A stretch of DNA of 64,000 bases from Oikopleura dioica (lineage: Eukaryota > Animalia > Chordata), in contig OU015567.1 of assembly GCA_907165135.1 (NCBI GenBank), positions 7,626,001-7,690,000 of the forward strand, given 5' to 3'. The first letter of the stretch is position 1, and each line of letters begins with the position of its first letter. Positions 48,710 through 60,300 of the stretch are shown here, in pieces. The notes beneath the pieces are model-generated. The model was not told the DNA's origin. It did no database searches and saw nothing but the letters and a program-made list of their open reading frames with translations. Made by a program: the position numbers and the translations under genes.

Positions 48710-50065
48710 ATGTCGTCGATTTTGGTTACATATCCGCGAATATTGAGAACGTACGATTGCGATGCTTCACTTACAGGCGAATGGACGAAGCCCTCGAATG
48801 AGATTGCTTTCGCGAAAATGTCGTCAACTGGACAACTCCTTTACAGGTAGCTGGTGTCACAAAAACTAGTCCAAATTACAACTGTATTTAGACAAGGAGA
48901 ATCTCTTCTTTTCGCCGACCAAAAAGCGCCACCGAAAATCGTAAATGTAACCGAAAAAGTCACTAAGTTCGACGTTTCGGATCGCAACGTCATTTCCCTC
49001 ACACCGAATTCACTCGATGTCCTCACCCTTGGCCTTCGAAAAGAAAACTCAATCAAAATACCCGCAAATCGCAGTTGTCTTGCTCCAAATACCGCCGACA
49101 AATCCGTGTTCGTCGGCTGCGCCATTTCCGGAGAGCTCCACCGAATCTCCCTCGTCAATTATTCCGTCAAAGAGATCCCTATCATCAAGCAACCAACAAA
49201 TGCTCTGAAATCTGGAATTCTACAAATCGCGCCGATCCACGCATCGCAGAGAAAACTCGCCATTTTGAGGGGCGAAAAGCTTGCTGCTTCAGAAGCCGCC
49301 ATTCTCGATGTCACTAAAGGCGTTGTAAGCGCCTTTCCGCATTCTAGCCTGGCTCCTACTAAAGCCCTTCGCTGCTCTCCAGTCACTGACACGCTCTGCT
49401 TCACTGCCGGCTACGACAAAACTATCAAGCTCTACGACACGAGAGAGGTGAAGATGATCAGCCGCAACACAACCGACTTGATCATTCAATACGCAGACTT
49501 TGTCGACGCGCAGAAAATTGCGTTTACTTGCATCAAAGGTGGCGTCTACATGATCGACTTGCGAAATAGCGATAAAATAACGACAATCGCGCAGCCCGTC
49601 GAAACCGGACTCGTCAAAAGCTCGATCACTTTGGATCCTACTCATCGAGCTTCTACAATTTTGGCAGAGTTGGAGAACCCACAAGAAAAACCAAAAAGAG
49701 ACAGAAATTTTCTGGAAAAACGAACTGCGCCGAGAATCCAGTCTCCGTTAGTTTCGCATTCTACGACCACAAGTGCTAGCCTTCAGCCATCTGCAAACAC
49801 AAATACAATGGAAATTGACCAGCAAAAAATCACGACAAGGCCAAAGCCAGTTCTCAGGGAGCAAGTTTTCCCAAGTTTCAAAGAGAACAAACAAGTCACT
49901 CCGAGAAATGAAGACGAAAAGCAAGAAACTGCAACATTGCCAAAAGTGGAACTTGCGAAGATCACCGGTCTACTGGAAACTCTTGTTTCGAAGGTTTCGG
50001 CAATTGAACAAAAAGTGGTGAGTTTGGATCAGCGGATTGAGAAATTGGAAGCTCCGGTCAAGTAA
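48710..50065 (+). CDS. NEDD1: NEDD1/GCP-WD-like WD40 protein with C-terminal coiled coil
   Basis: LAPTKALRCSPVTDTLCFTAGYDKTIKLYDT resembles NEDD1 KAPASGICFSPVNELLFVTIGLDKRIILYDT. GGVYMIDLR and a C-terminal heptad region are present; one 45-nt intron. Confidence 0.65.
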
Positions 50066-50132
50066 GTTTCATGAATATTTTCTTGTTTTCAAAACGAATT
50101 CAAGAGAAACGAGACATTTGATTACCTTCCCG

Positions 50133-50475
50133 ATGGAATCTGACTCCGCACGTCCTTTGCAAGCTGGTATTCTTCAATAACAAGATGATCTAATTTATAT
50201 TTTAAAATGTAGACATGAGAGCTCAAGTGACAGATCCACTCAAGAGGAAAATCGAGCGACTCGAACTTTTCCAGAACGACGCAAACAGCATGATCAAGGA
50301 GCTGGGCGAGATGTACATCAAGGACAACGACGAACTGAAAGCCGCTGTGCAGAACCTTGCTGAACAAATAGAACGAGCGCGGTAAGACTCAACGCGATTT
50401 TCTTGAAACAAGACTTTTTCTTTCAGCCAGCCGATGAACGCTTCTCAGCTTGTCCTTCCAGACTGGCGAACTTAA
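50133..50475 (+). CDS. Small (~83 aa) coiled-coil protein, 3 exons, not in the ORF track
   Basis: MESDSARPLQA|DMRAQVTDPLKRKIERLELFQNDANSMIKELGEMYIKDNDELKAAVQNLAEQIERA|RQPMNASQLVLPDWRT*, with in-frame GT-AG introns. Confidence 0.6.
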
Positions 50476-50667
50476 AACACCTGTTAAAAAACTAACTTAC
50501 TCTCACGGTTTATTATTCTCTCACATTCCCTCATACTCAACACATTCGTATTTTTAATATTTTGTCTTAAAAAGTTCAAATACAACTGCCTTTCACTTAA
50601 AATTTTAATAAATTTCGAATTGATCTTGAAGCTGATCTCATTTCTCTAAAATTTGCATCTACGTAGA

Positions 50668-51472
50668 ATGTCATTTGCAAGGCACTTGTCAACATCCACT
50701 CGCCACCAAATCAACAAAAAGCCCTTGCTGCGCCCTTGGTTCTATCATCACAAATACCAGGACTCGCCTGCTAATGGCGAGTTTGATTACAACAGTGGAA
50801 AGGGAGACTATTTCTTTGGAAAGCCATACTTCGTGCACAACAAGGCGAAAGACATCTTCTACGAGCAAATTGGCTGGATCAATTCAACCCATACTTCCGT
50901 CAAAGTAGTCTTGCTCAAGGATTTAGTCTACGAAACTGACGAAGAAGGAACCCAAGCATCGGGCACTGTTGGCGATGTTATTTCGCTAACAAAGGTAATC
51001 TATTGAAGGGTTGATTTTGACCAAGAGTTTCATCAAAAACCTCAAGGATATGGGCCGAGCGATGGTCAACAATCTTGATGCTCTTTATGCGACGCCTGAA
51101 AATATAAAATTCGTCGAAAGCACGACCGATTCGACCGGTCAAACCAAAGAACAACTTGCTTTGAAGAAGAAGTATTCCTGGCTTGAACTTGCGGACTTAT
51201 TCATTGGTAGCCTTTTTTACAGATCTTTCTCGTCAACTTGATTTCAAGATTTCAAAGCAGGATCCGGCTGGACGGTGACAGAAGAGACTATCGCACGAAG
51301 ACTTCTTGTCTGTAATAAAATTGTTGTACCAGCGGAAAATATAACTGTTCTCGACGATTCACTCGTCAGGCTCGGCGATGTGGAGCCAAGGGGCGTTTTG
51401 AAAATATCTATTGCTTATGATGGAAATGTCTCTTCCATAGAAAAGTCTATTGAAATTTGCCCCGCTGAATAA
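50668..51472 (+). CDS. MRPL9: Mitochondrial ribosomal protein bL9m
   Basis: Presequence-like N-terminus, then VKVVLLKDL...GTVGDVISLTK|DMGRAMV...ALYATPENIKF (L9 N-terminal domain pattern). Confidence 0.7.
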
Positions 51473-51527
51473 ATTTGACCTTAGAGAATAAACGCACTGC
51501 TTTTAATCGTAATTTTTTTTTTAAAGA

Positions 51528-53185
51528 ATGGCAGATTCTGAGGTGGAAAGTTCTGTTCCACAGGACTCGATTTCGGTCGGCGACAATCAGTCAACATTCA
51601 CCGGCTCGACGGTGACGGGTTTCACATCCACAGCTGCAAGGAGAAAGATTATTAATGTGGAGACCTCGACCCTATTTCAGCTTCGGTCTGAAGTCGCTCA
51701 AAAAGCGGGAGAAGTGACAGAGATAAAAAACAAAATCGGCGTTTTTAAAGCTCCTGTTGTTAGGTATCCATCTTCGAGTTATCATTAGATTACTGTTGTT
51801 TAGTCGGAAGCTGCTGCCAGAAGAACTGAAAGCGAAGCGAAAAGCGAGAAAAGAGGAAAAGCGAAATGCTGGAATTGATGCTAGAAATGAGCGTGATATG
51901 GCTCAGCGTCTTAAAGATCGCGAAACAGCGGATAAAGTCAGAAGAAAACTTGAGGCCAAATCTCGAATCTACGATGCCGTAAATTATGGAGAGGAGCTTG
52001 ATGATTACATGAGGTAAGCAAAATTTAACAAATTTTTGATGATAAAATTTTTACTAAAGAGAAAACTGTCTGGTCGACTTTGATGGAAAAGAAGTCGAAA
52101 GCAGGTCGAGGGATCGAGACTATCGAAGGGGTGATCCGCGTGATCTAGATCGAGATAGACGACCGCGAGAAAGACACTACAGCCATCAGGTACTCGCCTC
52201 GTCAACTCACTTTCTTCATGAGTTTTTCTTAGAGCGAGACATCTGACCTAATCGAACATACTGACGCTCTTGGCCGGACAAAGTACATCTCACGGGAACA
52301 GCTCCGGGAGGAGCGCGAGTACGATCGTGAGATTACCGATATGCGGCGAGGACATGACTACGACGAGCGCTCAAGTCGATATTCTGATGGATCCCGCTCT
52401 CCATCGCCTGAATCGAAGCAAGCAAGATTCCAAAATATCGACGATGGAGATATTCGAGATCTTGGTGTTGGTTACTACAATTTCTCGGCGGACGAATCGA
52501 CCAGAAGACAACAGATGAGCATTCTTGACACTCTACGAGCCTCGACCGAAGATTCCAGGTAAAATTGTTCTTACTTTCGTTTCTTACTCTTTTTAGGCAG
52601 AATAAACAGATCAAAGAAACAGAAAAGGCCGAGAAAAAACGGAAAATGCTCGAGCGAAAAAGAGCCAAGCTCGCGAAGAAATTCAAAGTTGACGCTGAAT
52701 CGATCGCGATTCCAGAGACAAATGTGGTTGTCGATCTTCCCGCTCCCAAGCCGATGAACATGACGGAGATGAATATCGATAGAAATATCGCAAAAGCAAA
52801 GAAGGCGGAAAGAGACTGGGACAAGGAAAAGGTCAGTCGATGAGTGTACGGACTTTGAGACTAACGTTAGTTCAGGATTTGGACGAAATTTATGGAAAGG
52901 ACGAAGGCCACCGTCGCCCTGTTGCGCTTGAAACTGATTATTATCAGAGAATGAGAGACGAAAGAAGGGACGAGTTTGCTCCTTCATACGATAACCAGCC
53001 GACAAAAAATCATTATACGAGCACATATCTTTGTAAGCGCATCAGCCAAAATTTGGCTTTGAAAGCTTTATTCACAGTTACATATTCTAGCCCAGCAGCA
53101 GCAACAAACCTATTCAAATCAGTACGGCGGCAGCGGCTACGGAGAAGGCAGCTCTCAACAAAATCAAGGGCCTTGGGGTTATTAG
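51528..53185 (+). CDS. CCDC174: Coiled-coil domain-containing protein 174 (DUF4078)
   Basis: STLFQLRSEV, NAGIDARNERD, RKLEAKSRIYD, CLVDFDGK, EHTDALGRTK and RDLGVGYYNFSADESTRRQQMSILDTLR. Confidence 0.8.
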
Positions 53186-53258
53186 CTTTTTCTCGTTCCA
53201 TTTTCTGTTCTTTCAAAACATTCTCACGTCTTCCATTTTCAAATTTATCTTTTTAAGA

Positions 53259-54241
53259 ATGATAAGACTCAATCGTCAACTAACATCAACTGTTTCTCGA
53301 CTAGGAAGACCACGAGTCGGTGTTACTAGCGATAATTTAATAATAGGTAAGCGGCGTTTATTGAAATTATACATTTGTCTGTTCATTGTCGAATTTTGGC
53401 GGTTTTCCTTCTGGTCCCCAGCAAGCGCTGAATGCTGTCGGCATCTTGTCCGTATCTCGGCGAGTAAGGCAAAAGCATCCAGTGCAAAAGCCGACCAGAG
53501 ACGAGACTAGTAGCAGCATAAGCAGCAGCTGCACATTAACTGAAAGTGCTCCGTCGACTAAAATGAAATTTAGAAATTGCATTTGAGTTTTTCTTCTTAC
53601 TTTGATAATCTTCTAGTGTGTCATTTTCCATCTCGCTATTTTCTCTTTGCTGCTTTTAAAATTGGATTATTTGTGTATTCTTGGTCAGCGTAAGTCTTCA
53701 ATAGTAAATGTCAGAATACGCTCCATCCTGGGATTGGGACCTTGTGCGGTCATCTTGCCCGCGGCGCATTCTGCACTAGAATGGTTGAATCATACTAGGA
53801 TTGAATTCACTTGTTTAGTAATGCATCATCCTGCCGTGGAGGAAATCAAATACGAAGACACTCTACCTCTTCCTTTGGATAAGCCCGCTACGGCTGAGGA
53901 ACTCGGTCGAAAACTGCTAAAAGCAGAAAATATTCAAGGTACCTTCGCTCAAAATTTGAAAACTTTTCAAACACCCGCCTAGAAAAAATATGGAAGTTCA
54001 CTTTCATGCGAAAACCTATCCGACACCAGAAGGCTACGACGTTCACACATTAGATGACCTCTATCCTGGCGGCATTCTTGGAAAGACGCAAGCTAAAAAC
54101 TCAGTTGTACTGCCCGAAAAGCTCGGAAAAATTTATCGAAATACGCCACGACAATGGGCAGTTCATAATTGGGCGTTCGAAAGTAGAGCGCTGGCGAACA
54201 GGCCTGGAAAAAGACGATTGGAACGTGACCCAAACCTGTAA
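53259..54241 (+). CDS. Hypothetical multi-exon protein, possibly mitochondrial
   Basis: ttttaag|aATG start and Arg/Ser-rich presequence-like MIRLNRQLTSTVSRLGRPRVG. Downstream coding-like segments end in RRLERDPNL*. The middle exon structure is unresolved. Confidence 0.4.
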
Positions 54242-54351
54242 TTTAAAAATAAACAAGATTTAACGAATAAAATGTATTGAAATTATGAAAGCTGAATTCA
54301 TTTTTTGGTTGAGCTTTTTGGATTATTTTTTGTTTTGAAATGATGCAGGCT

Positions 54352-57300
54352 TTAGGAAAGGATTTCAGTCAAGCGCCGATCAGAAGAGAGGGGTTGATTG
54401 TAAATCATCGCAGCTCTTGCCCTAGCGATGAAGTCGTCGTATTTCTTTTGCTTTCGACTCTCTGCTGTCAGTTCTTCAGACTTGAGCTTCAGCATTGTCA
54501 GAATATATTGGAGCTGATCAGCCGGTCGAATGTTTTGTCGAGCCTCGAATTTACGATAACATAATATCACTTTTTTCAACATACCCGATTATCTGCATCG
54601 CTGATGACTACAATGATAAAATTAACGATTGCGAAAATCGCAACAATCAGATATCCAATGTGGTAGATCCTAAGGAAGAAAACAGCTTCGCCTTTTTCCA
54701 CGATCGGTTTGAGATCGTTCGGTTTCAGGTAGCCAAAGACCATCAAAGAAACGACACTGTCGCCAAAAGATTTGAAACGGCCGCTGTATGAGTTCAGATA
54801 AGCCATCCCTAAAACTTTTTGGAAAATGAACTAATATATAAATACCGATAAGAGCGAAGGCGACAGTAATAGGGACCATGAAACACGCGAGGCCGAGGGA
54901 TTTTCTGACAACTTTTCGAATCACATCGAAGTAAATCTTTACCATGTTGAGGCCAGTGAGCACGAATATAACATGGAATGAGTTGAAAAAGAGCGCAAGG
55001 GCGATCGTTACCGAGCAATAAGTTTGTAAACTAAAAGTATGATTTTCAAGCGAAAGTAGTACAATTCTTACATGAAAACTTGGTCGAAAGGAGGACGCTG
55101 TCTCGGGTTGATCGAGTACAGACGGACCGCTTCCTTGGTCACGAGCAATCGACTGATAAAGAAGTAGATCATCAGGCTGTCCATCAAAACAAAGACCGTA
55201 TTCGCGAACAATTTTTTGTCGAATTTCTTTGAATATATTCTCCGAATAAACGAGATCAATTTTAAAATGAACTGGATCGCAAAAACACAGTACGCTGCGA
55301 AATAAATGTTGGACTGTGAGCCAAACGTGTAGACGAATTGGTTGATCGAGAGTGTCGGAGTGTAGCCGCCACCTGGGGCTCTTTCGAAGGTTAATCGGAG
55401 TTGCGCGAAAATGTTGATGTTTCCGTTGAAATAAGTTTGTTCGATCATGAGGAAAGACGTTGAGTTGTCGATCCAAGCACTTGATTGCAGCTCCTCGATG
55501 ATCAGTTCGCAAGAGTTCAAGTCGACTCCCAACTCGGCTTCGTATCGATGCTCGGTTATTGAGGTGGGAATGAGCTCGATGTAATCTTCAGGAACTTGGC
55601 TCTCGCTTGAGATCCACGGAATTAGGAACGGTGACTCCTTCTCGTATTCCTTCATATCTTCAATACTTCGAGGAACCCACTTTGGCGCATAATTGCCTCC
55701 TTGTCTTCTTGTCTGCAACAGTCGAGCGGGTCCAACTCGCAGCGATATCTTGTCACTAGCTTTTCGCCTTTCAAATGCGGACAACAACTTCCCGTCGTAA
55801 CTTGTATTCGCAAAATTGACCCTTTTGAAATCGTTGACAACCGACCAAATTTCATCAACGGTGACGATATTCTCGGTAAAGTCAGAGCGAAAGCGGGAGC
55901 GCAGGTTTTTATCGACTTCGAACTTTTCAGTTGCAATGAAGCTTCGAGAAAGCAGAAAGTATACGGCTTAAAATTAAATTATTTATAGAGCAACTTTGAT
56001 GAGAGACTATTGCTTAGCGTCATACCGCGTAGAATGAACCAGTTCTCGTCCGATCACTGAAGTTAAACTACGACGGGCGGGGTTAGTACTTACATGGGTG
56101 ACCGGTTGGGAATACCTCGTGCGCTAAGCATTTTGCGTTTTTCGTACGTGGATCATCCTTTTTTCGGCAAGGTCATTTCCGCACAGTCTGGCTGATGAAT
56201 CGAACGATGAGCTATCGAAAAAGGCTGTGATTGTGTAAGGCAAGTCGCATGGATTGAGAGTGTAGCTTGGCTGGCGGGCGGCTTGGCACTTGCGAAAAAG
56301 CGCCCTCTGACGCGCGCTTTTCTGAAAAGAGGCCGAAAATAGGAGCGCGCAGCGACAAAACGACCTCGAAATCAAGCACCCTCTTTCTTTACTCATCCCA
56401 TTTTTGAGTCCGATTTCGATTGTCTAACAGGTAAGAATCGTATCCATGCCCCCTCTCTCCTATCCCTCTCGCCTCTTACAAACAATAACCAGCACAACAA
56501 GAAAAATGGGGTCTTCGGACGCGCTTTTTTAAGTTTTTTCCAGCCAACTTCCGCCATATAAACCCTAGTGTTCACAATTGTAGCTACAACCGCTCGGTAT
56601 TTACCGCTAAAACGGTCCGAATTCTCTGCTGATTCTAAAAAGGTACCGTATTTGGGGTCTATAAGGCGGAAGTGGGCTGAAAACTTCGTTAACCTTAAAA
56701 AAGCACGTCTGAGCATAAATTTGAAAGGTCAGAGTTTACCTTAACTCCTTAATTTCGTCAACTTCCGACCCTAATATCGGACCGGAAGTGAAATTTCCAA
56801 AAACTAAAACCGTCAAAGTTCTTAAAATTTCTTGCTGATTGCATTCGGACCGTTTTGGCGGAAAATACCGCTACAATTGTGAGCACTAGGGTTGATAAAG
56901 CGGAAGTTGGCTGGAAAAACTAAAAAAAAAAGCGCGTCCTGTTACTCCGAAGACCCTATTTTTCTTGTTGTGCTGGTTATTGTTTGTAAGAGGCGAGAGG
57001 GATAGGGGAGAGAGGGCATGGATACGATTCTTACCTGTTAGACAATCGAAATCGGACTCAAAAATGGGATGAGTAAACAAAGAGGGTGCTTGATTTCGAG
57101 GTCGTTTTGTCGCTGCGCGCTCCTATTTTCGGCCTCTTTTCAGAAAAGCGCGCGTCAGAGGGCGCTTTTTCGCAAGTGCCAAGCCGCCCGCCCGCCAAGC
57201 TCCACTCTCAATCCATGCAATTTGCCTTACACAAACACTGTCTTTTTCGATAGCTGATCATTCGATTCATCAGCCAGAACGTGTGGAAATGACCTTGCCG

Positions 57301-60300
57301 AAAAAAGGATGATCCACGTACGAAAAACGCAAAATGCTTAGCGCACGAGGTATTCCCAACCGGTCACCCATGTAAGTACTAACCCCGCCCGTCGTAGTTT
57401 AACTTCAGTGATCGGACGAGAACTGGTTCATTCTACGCGGTATGAAGCTAAGCGTTAGTCTGTCATCAAAGTTGCTTTATAAATGTATTTATTTATTTTT
57501 ACCTGTAGTAATTAAAGTCATAATTATCATCCTGAAAGTCTGATGAATTGATTTTTTGAACTGTTTGTCGATTCTTGCAGCCTTTGTTGCTCTGGCATCA
57601 TTGATTTCCGACGGTTTCTGCGTTATTTTTGCAATTGAAACTTCAAACGAGTCATGCTTTACTCCAGACGGGTCGTGGATGAAATACTTGGCCTGGCTTT
57701 TCCTTTTGAAGCCGAAAAAGTACGAAATGTAGCCTTTCAAAAGCACGATTAAAACGGGGCCAGCGAGGAAGTCCGTGATGATGCCAAGGATTTGACTTCC
57801 AACCCAATTTTGAACGGGGACCTTGGTCAGCTGTAATCCGTAAAGAATCGTGAAAAAGTACGAAGTCAGAATTACAAGAGTGCAGAGAATGTAAGCGAAC
57901 GGTCTCATCCATCTAGAGCGCCCAACGTTAAAGTTGTCCGCCCCCGAAGCTCCCTGGAGAGAAGATGGTAATGTGTTCTGAAAAACCCAAGTGAAGACCA
58001 AAGTTGTTGTTACTGTCAGTGAGGTAACATAAAGATTGACCAAGTACGATTGTGGATCAAGCTGAATTGGCCCTATCTCGATCGGCGTCGTTTTCGGCGT
58101 CTGGTAAAACATCATATTCGCCACCGAAGCAACCGACAAAGTAGCGTGCACTATCATCGTCTTGGCGGAACGATTACAGAATGCCCAAGGACTGTATGAA
58201 AATATCGCTATTTTGATGTTCTCAATGTGGAAGTTTTTCTTGAGAATCGTGATCGGATTCGCACTCAGATTTTCTTTCGGCGCCATGTTCAATTGTTTCA
58301 AAAGCTTCTTACTCGGTGCGGTGAGAATTTCTGTTTCTTCTGACAATCCAATCTTTCCGGAAAGTTTGAATTGGTTGACCTTCTCGAATTGTTTCTTGAT
58401 AGAACCAAATGCAGGAATTCCTGTGGTTGATTCTGATCGTGGAATATAAACCTTGACGCTTTCGGGTCTCCAGGAAATGTCCATTCCTTCGAAGTTCGCC
58501 CAGAGCTCCACTCGATGTGCTTCTTCTAGAGGCGCGTTACTTCTGATCAAAAACGCTTGTTCGCTTCCTGGAGTGAAATTGCTCCCTTCCGGCAAAAGCA
58601 GCGAATAACTTCTGTGGATAAACGCTCCATGAAGGAAGCGCTCTAGATCACTCGCTGCATAAGTGGATTTTATGTGGAACGAGATGTAGCCAGTTTGCGG
58701 ATTTTTCATGCCAATGGACGCGTGAGTCGAGGTTCGGACGACAATAAGATAGTCCTGTTGATGCAGATTGTACCGGTTGTGATAAGATCGCAAGTCTACC
58801 AACTTGAGCTGAGTAAGGTCCTTTTCATCGTTTCTTCGAGACCAGATGCACATGGCCGCCCAAACTCCCACCATGAGTATGACAAACTGAATGATCGGCA
58901 TTGCACAGTCCATGCACACGTTTTTGAAAACACTGCTGAAGTCGATTGTCGATGGAGGAGCAAACACTTTTGTAGAAACTTTTACGTCTGCCGATGTTTC
59001 TCCGCAGTCACAACTGGTCAATTCTGTTGTCGTTGCGAATGGATTGACTTGACAAGTATCGTAGTCCCAGGTGCCTGCAGCAGAATCAAGGATCTGACAG
59101 GAAGCTGTAGTGTAAGTGATGTTAACCTCGGTGGGTTTTATAACCTTGATGTCAGTCACCATAGCGCCGACGAATAAAAAGCATTTCGGAGAGTTGGTCT
59201 TTTTCATGCAGTTATCAATTTCATTTTTTGGCAGTCGAAGTCCAAATTTATTGCCAGTTGATTCTTCACAATGAGTTCCGCTCTGATCAACAACATTACA
59301 TTCCGCCGTTGTCAGCGCAGGAATATTCACATCGTCATGAGTAGTAGCTGGTAGGGCAAGTTTGAACTCGTGAACAAAAAATTCCGGATTCGGAGGAGAT
59401 CCGTAGTTGATATAAACCATCATTGAGAGAGCATCAGTTTTGAAATTGACGTAAAAGTCGGTTGATTTTAGGATCTCAATTTTGATCGATGTGAACTCTT
59501 TGTCCGCTAGTGCTCTTGAAACAAGATTCGGTGGTTTTGAGTTTCTAACTGCGAATGAAAGCGGTTTGTCCCCATCTGGTGTTTGTAAACCAAGAACTGG
59601 CTCGTCTGTCGCATCATCGTCGAGGGCAAAAACGTTAACCTTAGACACCATAATTGTTCCATCATGATTTCCGTCTTATCGCAGGTTCAGAAGATAAAGC
59701 GAAATCCGAAAAGAAGGAAAATAGAACCCGTTCCTAGAGTAAATGAAGAAATATTCACCGGAGCGCCTGATCTTAATTTCTTGGAGCCAAGTTTCATGAA
59801 CATCATTCCATCAGAAGAATTGCCAATCATTGTTCCTTCCGGCTGAGTATCGAGCAAAGCAATAGTTTTCTCAACTGCACTTTCAACAAGCTTCTTTGCC
59901 TCAAGCGCTTTTTCATTAGCCCCCGAGTTTTCATATTCCTTTTTGATTTCCGACTTCATCAGCCTCTCCGCAAAACCATCAGAGTCAGAAGATTCCTTTA
60001 CGTGTGACGCAGCAGTGACGACCTGAAAAGACTCCAGCACTGTAGCGACTTTGAGCGCTGCGTCTTGAGCGGAAGCGATGTCATTGATTTCGGCGTTATC
60101 GACTTCTTTTAGAACAGTTTCACTTTGCGCTAGAACTAAAGCGACTTTTTCATTCAGTTCTTTCGCTACTTCTTCTGATTTCTCGAAAACAACTGCGTCT
60201 TTTTCTTCATCTGATGATTCTGAAGTCATTGAAAAGTCATCAACTTCTATCACTATCTTCGTGCATGATCTGGCATCATCTGTTGTCGAGAAACCAATGT

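Larger units (their letters stand above)
55981..57484. repeat. ~1.5-kb palindrome (arms ~55981-56620 and ~56843-57484) filling a PKD1-like intron (55967-57502)
   Basis: The arms are reverse complements, near-identical in the RNA genes and about 90% identical in the spacer. Confidence 0.97.

Noticed and set aside
56124-57257. Short ORFs in the palindrome arms (56124-56716, 56886-57257)
   Set aside because: They overlap the RNA genes and spacers and are mirror images of each other, with no coding signature.
56012-57453. 5S-derived SINE (SINE3) or 5S pseudogenes
   Set aside because: Both copies are full length with intact helix I, internal promoter and terminator, and are linked to SL genes. 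There is no LINE-like tail or poly(A).
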